Shown here one piece after another: positions 18,929 through 27,291 of a stretch of 40,206 nt of DNA. Position numbers and translations under genes: made by a program. Each line of letters opens with the position of its first letter. Positions within the stretch are counted from its first letter, which is position 1. Below the pieces are notes generated by a model. The model saw only the letters and a program-made list of their open reading frames with translations. It was not told where the DNA came from and searched no databases. This DNA comes from a virus (Duplodnaviria; Caudoviricetes): the IMG/VR virus record IMGVR_UViG_3300037424_000917, positions 1 to 40,206 of that record. One strand, written 5' to 3'.

Positions 18929-19417
18929 TTAGTTGGTATGCAAATCCATTCCGTATACGGCGTCCACTTCAGACATCCGTACTCTCACATCCGGCTTGAG
19001 TTGCCCGAAGTGAAAAACTCGAACCGCTTCGTTTCGTCCTTTCTTGACTTGAAGACAACCCAGCAATGTGTTGACGTTGTCGTCTGGCCCAGTACCTTTC
19101 TTGTAAATACCAATCGGCTGCAACATGGTGTTGGCAAAAACTCCGGTCCACTGTATGAGGGAGAAGGCGTCCGCACCGCGCAAATCCATTCGTTCAGTAA
19201 ACAGAAAGTTGATGGTAACACTTATGTCCCAGAAATTCTTACTTACTTCTTTGATATCTGGTCCAGTTACTCGGAGTTCAACGTGGTTCGCCCGCATGTC
19301 CGCGTCGGATCGTTCGTCGATCCCTTCCACGAAATACGGTAAGGAAATACCCGAAGCAACACTTTGAAAGTGCAATGCAATTGACTGAAAAATCCACCGC
19401 GCGAGGTTTTTGTCCAT
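18929..19417 (-). CDS. Tail terminator-like protein
   Basis: Size and position before the major tail gene; ELRVTGP motif. Confidence 0.55.
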   Translation of the reverse strand: MDKNLARWIFQSIALHFQSVASGISLPYFVEGIDERSDADMRANHVELRVTGPDIKEVSKNFWDISVTINFLFTERMDLRGADAFSLIQWTGVFANTMLQPIGIYKKGTGPDDNVNTLLGCLQVKKGRNEAVRVFHFGQLKPDVRVRMSEVDAVYGMDLHTN

Positions 19418-19431
19418 TGCATCTACTCCGG

Positions 19432-19941
19432 TTAAGCAATCGTCGTTGTGACGGATTGTGTCAAGTTAAGCAGGTAGCCGTTGGCTTTGGCATACAAGTC
19501 TTCGGGCGGGTCCACGCCCTCTACTCGCTTGGCTATCACCATCCACGCCGTAGACTGTTCAAACTCTTCGATCGCAAGCAGCTCATATTTCTTGTGGCTG
19601 TATACGATCCAGTCATCCGAGTGGATATCAAATGTTGAGGGGACATCTGTCCTGTCGATAATGAATCGACGCTTCCCTGTGTCATAGCTGCCGCCCTGTA
19701 CAATCTTTTTGTTGGCGGATATCAGGGAGATTGTTTGGGTTACTTCCCTGGTAATGTTGGCTGGCAGCACAACAGCCCGTGGGATGTACACCGAGGTACC
19801 TGTGTACGATTTCGCTCCTGATGTGTAGTTTGTAGTCGTGGTGCCCAGGTGATAAATCGTGATCGGCCCGCCGTACTCTTTTTTCAGTTGGCGTATGCAC
19901 CGGCGGATGAATCGGATAAGATTGTAATTAGGTCTTGTCAT
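19432..19941 (-). CDS. Head closure/stopper-like protein
   Basis: YGGPITIY...TG/SG.K...DDWIVY..KKY pattern; position in the neck module. Confidence 0.55.
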   Translation of the reverse strand: MTRPNYNLIRFIRRCIRQLKKEYGGPITIYHLGTTTTNYTSGAKSYTGTSVYIPRAVVLPANITREVTQTISLISANKKIVQGGSYDTGKRRFIIDRTDVPSTFDIHSDDWIVYSHKKYELLAIEEFEQSTAWMVIAKRVEGVDPPEDLYAKANGYLLNLTQSVTTTIA

Positions 19942-20194
19942 TTTCGTCCACCTGAAGTACACGCCCGGAGTGGCAAGACTGAATCAATGTTGACACCCAC
20001 TTCATTTGCTGCGTGTTTGCCGCGATGACTGTGATGTTTTCTTTCACCAGGGCGGCGAGCGTCTCTTGCTGATACTCTTCCAGCTTTTCCACACGCTCTA
20101 CCAGCTTGTCTTCGCGCTTCCAGTCACGCCAGATGAAGAACAACACGATCCCAATGAGAGGGCCAAATTCCTTGAACAGGTCGATGTAGTCCAT
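19928..20194 (-). CDS. Holin-like single-TM protein (BhlA-like)
   Basis: EFGPLIGIVLFFIW TM segment followed by RDWKREDKL and a coiled coil. Confidence 0.55.
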   Translation of the reverse strand: MDYIDLFKEFGPLIGIVLFFIWRDWKREDKLVERVEKLEEYQQETLAALVKENITVIAANTQQMKWVSTLIQSCHSGRVLQVDENDKT

Positions 20195-20201
20195 TCCATA
20201 T

Positions 20202-20684
20202 TTACTCCCAGGGGAAAGGTGTCGGTTCAATTGGGTCTTGTGGCTTTGCCCACACTACCGACTCTACAAATGGGTCGGGAATTTTGTCCGGCGGAACTTG
20301 CAACTGCGATTGAACACTTTGCAACTCAACTATCGTGATGTCTCTTTCTGGTCCCGCTACCATCCCGCCAATAGCCGACCGCAACAACCGCTCGCGGTAG
20401 CTGAGAAATATGACTTGTACCAAAGATCCCAGGATTTGAGCGAACACAGGACTCCGCTCGGCTTCGGTCCAGATATTTGGGATGTTGAAGTATTCAACCG
20501 TGGCTGGGTCTTCGCTCATGTCCTTAGTCTCATAGTTGTATGCCTGCAACGCGACCGTGCAAGGCTGCTTTCCATCCGACTGCAACGACACATTCAGGGC
20601 CGCGATGAACCTATCGGGAAAAACTCTTTCGGCCACGGCGGGCTTGGACACCAGATTGTTGGAGGGTATTCGAGGTAGTCCCAT
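20202..20684 (-). CDS. Hypothetical protein
   Basis: 160 aa, tightly packed in the operon. Confidence 0.6.
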   Translation of the reverse strand: MGLPRIPSNNLVSKPAVAERVFPDRFIAALNVSLQSDGKQPCTVALQAYNYETKDMSEDPATVEYFNIPNIWTEAERSPVFAQILGSLVQVIFLSYRERLLRSAIGGMVAGPERDITIVELQSVQSQLQVPPDKIPDPFVESVVWAKPQDPIEPTPFPWE

Positions 20685-21668
20685 TTAGTCCTGTACCTTA
20701 ATCTGGAGAATTTGCAGCCGGGCGACCCAGTTATAAAGTCTTGGAACAGAAACATCTGCCGTTCCTGTTACCACGATAGCTATTACATTTCCGGCCCTGA
20801 TTGCAAGGGCACAATTGTATTCAGCGTGGTCTTCACCGAGCACGGAAATTGATGGCGAGCCGCTCACATATGCGGGCGCGTCGGTACCGTCGCGTCTTAT
20901 TGCTGCATGAAAATAATAGTGAGCACCTATGTTGGCAAAATTTATGAATCCTGCAACATATCCGGTCATTTGCCACATGCAGTTTGGAGGCATCACCAGC
21001 TTGTGTAAACTGTTCCCGCTGTCTATACCGTCCGTTGTCATGTCAACAGCGGTGTTGCTCGCGGATCGGATGTATTGAGTGATCGTCATGTACTGAACGT
21101 CACCAACTTCGTCCAACGAACCGCTGGCTCGCGCTTGCCCACACCAGAAATCGTTTACAGCGTGTCTCCCGTGTGTTATGCCATAGTGACCAAGAGCTTG
21201 ATTGTTGGCACCACCGAGAATTACCGTCCCAGCACCTGACGAGATATTCTGTATTCCCGCTAAAATGGCTGAGCTTCCATACCCATTTAATGTGTTTCCG
21301 CAACCTGTGAAAATTCCACTGTTGGACACATTACCAGATATGGTGTTGTCACGTCCACTTATAATCGAGGATGACAGAGCATTGAGTGTATTGTTGCCCG
21401 TATTGACTACAAATGTGTCGTTGACAGACGCGTGGGTTATTTCGACACTGTTCGCCAAGATGTTGTTGGAGCCAATGCTCAGTGGCTTTTCCACAGCAAT
21501 CAGATTGGCGGAATTAAGCGTAAGGTTTCCGGTGGAAGTTACGCCCGGTGCTGTAATAGTTCCGGTGAACGCTCTGGTGCCGTCCGCCAGTGCATACTGC
21601 GTGTGATCGTCGTCTGCCAAGCCCGTGAGGCTGCCGTGGTCGCTTGTGCCAGCGCCAGATGCTACGCC
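20685..21668 (-). CDS. C-terminal part of a fibre-like protein, in frame with 21669-22661 beyond a TAG
   Basis: GVASGAGTS-DHGSLTGLADDDHTQY motif begins upstream of the ORF-track TTG; S.I..G..N beta-helix-like repeats; no RBS before TTG 21620. Confidence 0.65.
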   Translation of the reverse strand, partial: GVASGAGTSDHGSLTGLADDDHTQYALADGTRAFTGTITAPGVTSTGNLTLNSANLIAVEKPLSIGSNNILANSVEITHASVNDTFVVNTGNNTLNALSSSIISGRDNTISGNVSNSGIFTGCGNTLNGYGSSAILAGIQNISSGAGTVILGGANNQALGHYGITHGRHAVNDFWCGQARASGSLDEVGDVQYMTITQYIRSASNTAVDMTTDGIDSGNSLHKLVMPPNCMWQMTGYVAGFINFANIGAHYYFHAAIRRDGTDAPAYVSGSPSISVLGEDHAEYNCALAIRAGNVIAIVVTGTADVSVPRLYNWVARLQILQIKVQD

Positions 21669-22661
21669 CTACGGCTCATCAGCGAATGAGCGATAGTCCG
21701 TGTACTCTTCGATGGTGTAGAATGGCGAGTCTGCGCTCCTCTGCATAATGATGCGCGCCAGCACCTTGTGCTCCAACGTCGGCAAACTACCAAAGCTAAG
21801 ATCGGACCAAGTGTTGTTTGCGCGGGCGTCGGCCAGCGTACCATCGTCAGCCTGCCCTGGTATCAAATACACCGGAGGTGACGATGTGGAACCGACCACC
21901 CAATAAGCAAAGTGTTGTGCAACCCCAACCGGCACCAGCGTCCAGGCGTTGTCAGTGAACTGATTTATTTGTGGTATGTTGGAAGAAATGTAGGCCGTGT
22001 TGCTAGATGCAAGGGTTCGTTTCCACTCTCCCGTTGCTCCGCTTTGATACATTACTGGGGCTGTTAAGGGGGTTAATATTTGATCCCAGAATCCAGAACC
22101 AGCGTCGTCTGTTACTATCGCTTCAATGTCTTCATCATGAAGTTCGCCCTGCGCCAGATTGACGGTAGTGTTTCCGCTAACTATTTCTAATCCTAGCCCC
22201 CAGGCCCATTGTGTGCCACGAGTCTCATGAAAATAGTCGTGCATCCTATCGGATGTGTCCCACGAATGCAGTTCTGGTGCATACAGAATAAGCTCATTAT
22301 CTGTGGAGTTCCAATATAGTGACAACACAGTTGCCAGTGTATCATTAAACGTCCACTCTGTCTGTATCGCTTGGAGCGTGGCTCCGTTGAAGGCGATATA
22401 CCACATTCCACTGTTATTGGTGAAAGTCACATCTTGCGGAGTGTTGAAAGTGTACTGGATTCCAGCAATCCAATATGTGGCGTCATCACCGATAGGGGTC
22501 ACGGTAACCGTGCGCGTTGATTCATTGATTGTGACCGACACGATGTTGTCGATGGCATCGACATTCCAGCCTGTTTTCAGATGACTGTATTGAGGCAGGG
22601 CGTCAACTTCGTCGATCTGCTCGATACGTCCGTCAGTAATAATGAGTGGCTTGTTTGTCAT
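21669..22661 (-). CDS. Virion fibre/decoration protein, N-terminal part (ends at TAG)
   Basis: N-terminal KPLIITDGRIEQ; H.Y.H.T.GTQW..G and G...DEDI motifs of phage fibre-like proteins. Confidence 0.7.
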   Translation of the reverse strand: MTNKPLIITDGRIEQIDEVDALPQYSHLKTGWNVDAIDNIVSVTINESTRTVTVTPIGDDATYWIAGIQYTFNTPQDVTFTNNSGMWYIAFNGATLQAIQTEWTFNDTLATVLSLYWNSTDNELILYAPELHSWDTSDRMHDYFHETRGTQWAWGLGLEIVSGNTTVNLAQGELHDEDIEAIVTDDAGSGFWDQILTPLTAPVMYQSGATGEWKRTLASSNTAYISSNIPQINQFTDNAWTLVPVGVAQHFAYWVVGSTSSPPVYLIPGQADDGTLADARANNTWSDLSFGSLPTLEHKVLARIIMQRSADSPFYTIEEYTDYRSFADEP

Positions 22662-23365
22662 AATTTCGCCCGCTCATTGACTTCGATGTCGAACTTCGTG
22701 AGAGTGATTGCTGTTCCTACCATTATGACGACTTGGCCGTTACCGCTAGGCGGTGTAGCTGACAAGGTTCCTGGTGTCGTTCCAAGATAATAGACAGATC
22801 CCGGTGAAAGATTGGCGGTGCCGATTACTGTCGTCCAGTCAGCCTGCGTTACGCTTCCGTTGGCAACCACCAAAGCCACGTTGTTCGCTGTCGCGCCGGT
22901 CAAAACCAGCCCCAGAACCAGGGACGGATCGCCGTCAGTGTTAGCGGAAGCCAAGTTTACGGTGTTGTTGCCCGAAATATATACCGGCTGCCCGGTCGCT
23001 ACTGCCTCGTTGGCGGTTAGTTCGTACCGCTCGGAGGTCGGGGCGTGAAATCCGTCCAGGGAGGCGTGGACAAAGTCGTCCAGGACCATTGTGTCGGTTA
23101 TACCACGTGGATAGTCCCAATTCCACCCCACAGAGCCCCCCAGATTGAGCGTATGCGTGGCTGGGTCAGATCCGTGGTTCAGATGGGTTGTAACATCGGC
23201 GTCCAGCAGGAGCGAGCTGGAGGCCTCCCGGCCCCATTCCCCAGTGGCCGAGGCTGAGTCACTTAAATCCACCACCGAATGGAGCGTCAGACGCTTCTCT
23301 AATAGCCCTGTTGCGCCCGTGGCCGGGACGAAGGGGAGCGGACGCGTGGAGGTGAATCGGCGCAT
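22658..23365 (-). CDS. Capsid decoration/cement-like protein (DUF2190-like C-terminal domain)
   Basis: A.EA...G.PVY...A.A...GLV...L.PG..YYL..TPG.L..T.P; paralog of 33921-34385. Confidence 0.6.
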   Translation of the reverse strand: MRRFTSTRPLPFVPATGATGLLEKRLTLHSVVDLSDSASATGEWGREASSSLLLDADVTTHLNHGSDPATHTLNLGGSVGWNWDYPRGITDTMVLDDFVHASLDGFHAPTSERYELTANEAVATGQPVYISGNNTVNLASANTDGDPSLVLGLVLTGATANNVALVVANGSVTQADWTTVIGTANLSPGSVYYLGTTPGTLSATPPSGNGQVVIMVGTAITLTKFDIEVNERAKL

Positions 23366-23643
23366 TATTTGTACCGGGAGATGTTAAGTTCAGCGCCAGA
23401 GGTGACTTCGATGAATTTGATGTGTGTCAAATCGCCTGGATACCAGATGGTTTCCCCGGCGTTAATCAGCATCCCTACTGTGGTGGTTGGGTCGGTGCCG
23501 TCGTCCCGATAGCGGACGGGGGCGACCAAACACTGAATTGAGCAGACCCGACCATTTCCGCCCTGAATACCCCTCACAGTGGTGGGAAAAATCTGTACAT
23601 AGCCGTCTGGCTCAAGTACATCGTCTTTGACGAATGTGGTCAT
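23365..23643 (-). CDS. Small capsid-associated hypothetical protein
   Basis: VRYRDDGTDPT..VG...AG motif; directly after the capsid gene; GGAG RBS. Confidence 0.6.
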   Translation of the reverse strand: MTTFVKDDVLEPDGYVQIFPTTVRGIQGGNGRVCSIQCLVAPVRYRDDGTDPTTTVGMLINAGETIWYPGDLTHIKFIEVTSGAELNISRYK

Positions 23644-23657
23644 GGGAATCTCCGTGT

Positions 23658-23696
23658 AAGAAAAGTCCCGGCGGGCGGGTTTTCCACCCGCCGGGA
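23658..23696 (-). terminator. Rho-independent terminator after the major capsid gene
   Basis: On -: TCCCGGCGGGT...GCCCGCCGGGA followed by CTTTTCTT. Confidence 0.75.
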
Positions 23697-23729
23697 GCTA
23701 TCGAAAAGCGAGCTTAAGCTCGCATTGGG

Positions 23730-25148
23730 TTACGCGTAGAGCAAGCAACCCAGGTTGACGTCCAACAGCGCCACGCCAAGCAGCATGTCCAAGGTGACCT
23801 TGGTGCCCTGGCTGGAGATGTCGTACTGCATCGCAACTCGCATGGCCAAGTCACGGTAGACACCCACGGCGGCTTGAACGCCGAGCGAGGTGGCCGGGAC
23901 TGCCAAGGGGCGGCTCACCAGCGCGACTGCGTCACGGCAGAAAGCCAGACACATCGAGCCGTGCGGGCCGGGGAAGCAAACGTCGTTGTCCGCAATCGCG
24001 GTTGTCAACGGACGATCGAGCCAAACGTACAGCGCCACGGTGCTGACGCTTTGCACCTGCACGATTGTGTAGGTGTGTCGGCTGGCACCCGTTCCGAACG
24101 CAAGCAACTGACCCACGACGGGCTTCTTGTTGGCGGTGAAACCATCCAAGTAGATTTTCTTGTCGTAGCCAGCGGCGTACGCTGTGATGGAAGAGTTCGC
24201 GCTGGTGTGCTCGGCCAGAGCAACGGCACCGGGCAGGAACTCGTAACCAACCGCGTTGGCGGAAACTGCGTTGTCATACGCACTGACCAGCGTGATGCCA
24301 GTCGTCGAGCCAGAGCCCGTGTGTGCGCTGATGACCTGTGGCTGCTGATCGCCAGTGAACCACACGAACGAGCCGTTCGTGACTTCGGTCGCGGACGTGC
24401 AGGCCTTGTTGCCTGTGTCGCCAGCCGCAGCCCCGGCAGTGTGGTTCAGGGTGTTGATGTCGGCACCACTGAGCGGAACGTACGGGACGTTCTGATCCAT
24501 GTAGGTGTCGAAGCCCAGGATTCGGCCCAAGCGAGCTTCCTCAAGAGCCGTTCCGCCGTCACCGCGCTGGTTGGCAGCGATGAACAGTTCGGTGGCCAAC
24601 AGGCTGGTTTCGGCCTGCGGGCTGACAACGAGGTTGCGCCCGTAGGGGTAAGCCTTGTTGACATTCATCTTCTCGCGGGCCTCAAGGATGTAATCCTTGG
24701 CCGTCGAAGACGTCATGCCAGCCAGCTTGCCAGTGCCGTTCGTGAGGAACTGATGCACTTGGCCCAACAGGATGCGATCCACAGCGCTCGCCATTTCCAA
24801 CGCGGCGGGCTGCATGTAGTAGGAAATCAATTCCTTGAACGACAGGGACGCTTCCTCGTCCTTGATCGTGAAGGTAACGTACACGTGCTGGTTCAGCGGA
24901 ACCTGCACGTTGGTGCTGACGGCGTCTTGGTTCTCGACGCTATCGGACTGCGACTTGCGTCGGATTGTGAACTCGGTCGGACGCCGAGTGTTGACCACGT
25001 CGCCGTAACCGGCTACCATCGGGCTGAAATCACGGTGGACCAAGTTGGCCATAACCATGTTCTCTTCGAGGATGGCGAGCGATTCGTTGGCCCACAGCTC
25101 CGGGATGAGGGCGTCGTTGTCGTTTGCGAAGCACAGGAACAAGTTCAT
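23730..25148 (-). CDS. Major capsid protein (P22 coat-like HK97 fold with insertion domain)
   Basis: IPELWA.E.L..L..N.V...LV.RDF...GD.V....P; G.ILGFD; LAF.RDA.ALVSRPL..P; D.L.GV..LD. Confidence 0.9.
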   Translation of the reverse strand: MNLFLCFANDNDALIPELWANESLAILEENMVMANLVHRDFSPMVAGYGDVVNTRRPTEFTIRRKSQSDSVENQDAVSTNVQVPLNQHVYVTFTIKDEEASLSFKELISYYMQPAALEMASAVDRILLGQVHQFLTNGTGKLAGMTSSTAKDYILEAREKMNVNKAYPYGRNLVVSPQAETSLLATELFIAANQRGDGGTALEEARLGRILGFDTYMDQNVPYVPLSGADINTLNHTAGAAAGDTGNKACTSATEVTNGSFVWFTGDQQPQVISAHTGSGSTTGITLVSAYDNAVSANAVGYEFLPGAVALAEHTSANSSITAYAAGYDKKIYLDGFTANKKPVVGQLLAFGTGASRHTYTIVQVQSVSTVALYVWLDRPLTTAIADNDVCFPGPHGSMCLAFCRDAVALVSRPLAVPATSLGVQAAVGVYRDLAMRVAMQYDISSQGTKVTLDMLLGVALLDVNLGCLLYA

Positions 25149-25300
25149 TATTGAACTCCCTAAATTTGTGTGAGTAAGTTGTAAACTGACTCCCAGGTAT
25201 TACAAATCACACTCCCCTGGTACTCGTGTGACGAGCCCGGTCTTCCCGGTTGATCCGTTGCTTGAAGGCGCGGACAATCAAGCGTGGACAGCTAAATCGC

Positions 25301-26110
25301 TTATTTCCGTCGGTTGCGCGCCGGCAGACCCAATTTCTCCGGGTTCTCCGCTCGCATTTTCATGTACTGTTCGGTAGTGAGCCCGGCTTTGTCAATCTCG
25401 CCCGTGGCCTGAATACCTTGACCGGAGCCAACGCCGCTAACGACATTGCTCTTGAAGAGATTGCCGTACAGTTTGGGCAGCTCTTTCATTCTCTTGACAG
25501 CGTCGATAGGTGTTCGCAACGTGCGAATTTCTTCGCCTGTTTTCTCGTCGATGTCGGGGAAGTCAATCATGGAGATCAGATCACCTTCGGCCTCTTTCAA
25601 CTCGGTGAGGGGCTTCAGGAGAGCGACGATTTGATTTGGGTTGAACGCATCAGCCGTGGCTGCGGCATCTTGCAACGACCTCGATACCTTTTCGTCCCGG
25701 TATTTCCTTTCAACCGTTTCGGCTTTGTCTTTCCACATCTTCAATTCGTTTCCATACTTCTCGGCTTCCTGCTTGCGCTGGAATTCCAGTTCTTGTTCTT
25801 TTGTTCGGTACGTCTTGCGGACGTCTTCCAGTTGCGTGGCCATGGCGGCGCGTGCCTGTTCGGTGAGACTCTTGTCTTGCGACAGACTTTCAAGCTGTGC
25901 TTCCAATGAGGCCATCTTTTCTTGGTGCTTGCGCTTATCCTCAGCGAGGATGCGATTTAGGTCCGCTTGCGAGAACACCTTTCCATCTTCACCCTTGCCC
26001 GCTGTGGCTGCGGCTGCGGCTGCGGCTGCGGCTGCGGCTGCTTCACCACTGCCAGAGAGCCCTTCGCCGTCAAAACAAAGAAACAGGGTAGCGGGATAGT
26101 GATACTTCAT
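25301..26110 (-). CDS. Capsid scaffolding protein
   Basis: FSQADLNRIL coiled coil, LFKS...GSG and LT.EQY...R C-terminus; immediately upstream of the capsid gene; likely start MKYHY at 26110. Confidence 0.8.
   Translation of the reverse strand: MKYHYPATLFLCFDGEGLSGSGEAAAAAAAAAAAATAGKGEDGKVFSQADLNRILAEDKRKHQEKMASLEAQLESLSQDKSLTEQARAAMATQLEDVRKTYRTKEQELEFQRKQEAEKYGNELKMWKDKAETVERKYRDEKVSRSLQDAAATADAFNPNQIVALLKPLTELKEAEGDLISMIDFPDIDEKTGEEIRTLRTPIDAVKRMKELPKLYGNLFKSNVVSGVGSGQGIQATGEIDKAGLTTEQYMKMRAENPEKLGLPARNRRK
26006..26041. repeat. (GGCTGC)6 microsatellite encoding poly-Ala in the scaffold
   Basis: Six perfect hexamer copies. Confidence 0.9.
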
Positions 26111-26161
26111 AATTCCTAACCTCTCGTTAGTGCTTTGCCCTGCAAGTAAGGATGTCAAGTT

Positions 26162-26740
26162 TCAATGCAGGTCTTGAAAATGACGTTCTAAATATTGAAT
26201 ACCGCGTCTAAGATTAGCGGTGTTGTCCTTTGCGTGCCCTAGCATAGAATTGCAATTGCCACATAGCAGCCCTCTTATTTCACCAGTAACATGGTCGTGG
26301 TCAACACAAAACACAGTTGAATTTTTCCGCGTCGGTTTTGTCTCGCCACATATGGCACACCCTCCACCTTGAGAAAGCAACATTTTCTCATAACTTTCAA
26401 GGGTCACTCCATAGTTGTTCTGTAAATACGTGTCCCTGTCGCATCTTAAACATTTAGAGGAAATGCCTGAAGAGTTTCTGGTGCCTTGCCCGAACAAAGA
26501 ATGTACCAGCCACTGTTTGCAACTTGAACATTTTTTATGTGTCAATGTTATTACCCCTCTTGAATTTTTTACAAGCGGGCCATAACTAGCTTCTATCCTT
26601 TCGTATTTGTTCCGAACTTTCTTTTTGTCTCCTGTGTCCCTGCATTTCTTGCAGATATATGAAACCGAGCCGCTTTTTGTTTTGTCTTTATAAAAGTCTG
26701 AACGCGGTTTCAATTCTTTGCACACATAACAATTTCGCAT
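26162..26740 (-). CDS. Endonuclease VII-family (putative homing) endonuclease 1
   Basis: Two CxxC...F...CxxC zinc ribbons; YG.T...Y..ML..Q.G.CAIC...VDHDH.TG.IRGLLC..CN..LG...D; AT-richer than its neighbours. Confidence 0.85.
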   Translation of the reverse strand: MRNCYVCKELKPRSDFYKDKTKSGSVSYICKKCRDTGDKKKVRNKYERIEASYGPLVKNSRGVITLTHKKCSSCKQWLVHSLFGQGTRNSSGISSKCLRCDRDTYLQNNYGVTLESYEKMLLSQGGGCAICGETKPTRKNSTVFCVDHDHVTGEIRGLLCGNCNSMLGHAKDNTANLRRGIQYLERHFQDLH

Positions 26741-26745
26741 CGCGA

Positions 26746-27291
26746 TTAGTCTACCCGGCTGAAACGAATGAGACGATCGTCACACAGATATGGCTTCAAC
26801 CACATCCAGACGCGTGCCGTCGGAATGCCGTAGACAAGATATTCTGATGCTGAGCTGCTGTTGTCATAAGTTGTACTGACAGCAGAGTATGACTGCCGGG
26901 TTACATTCAGCCGTTCGATGGCATCTTCCGGGTCAAATCCGTCGATCAAGGCGATAGCTATCTCGTAGCACGCCCATTCAATTGTTTCTGGTACGTCGGT
27001 GTCTTGGCCACGAGGAAATTCCAGGGCCTGTGTCAAGTTGGCGGCGATTATTTCGTCGCGGCTGGGCGGGGAAGTCAGAATCTTTTCATACTGCTCTTCG
27101 TCGGAGTCATACTCGTACATGACCGACCAGACCGCGTGCTTCACACCCTTGTAATTGAGGGCGTCGATTATACGCGTGGCTTCCGTCAACGCCTTTGGTC
27201 TATCGGTGGCAGCGGAATCTTCCCATGTCTCTGAGTGGAGGCGACTGGCGAAGTATGCGTTTGCCTCGGTCAATGTTCCGTAGTATGCCAT
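26746..27291 (-). CDS. Head-tail adaptor (DnaT-like ssDNA-binding domain family)
   Basis: Y.TL.EA.AYF..R...W...AL..AT..ID.L.Y.G...Q.LEFPR...VP..I..AC.EIA signature; follows the portal. Confidence 0.75.
   Translation of the reverse strand: MAYYGTLTEANAYFASRLHSETWEDSAATDRPKALTEATRIIDALNYKGVKHAVWSVMYEYDSDEEQYEKILTSPPSRDEIIAANLTQALEFPRGQDTDVPETIEWACYEIAIALIDGFDPEDAIERLNVTRQSYSAVSTTYDNSSSASEYLVYGIPTARVWMWLKPYLCDDRLIRFSRVD

Noticed and set aside
23874-25154. 426-aa + strand ORF
   Set aside because: Antisense shadow of the strongly codon-biased capsid gene; no recognisable motifs.
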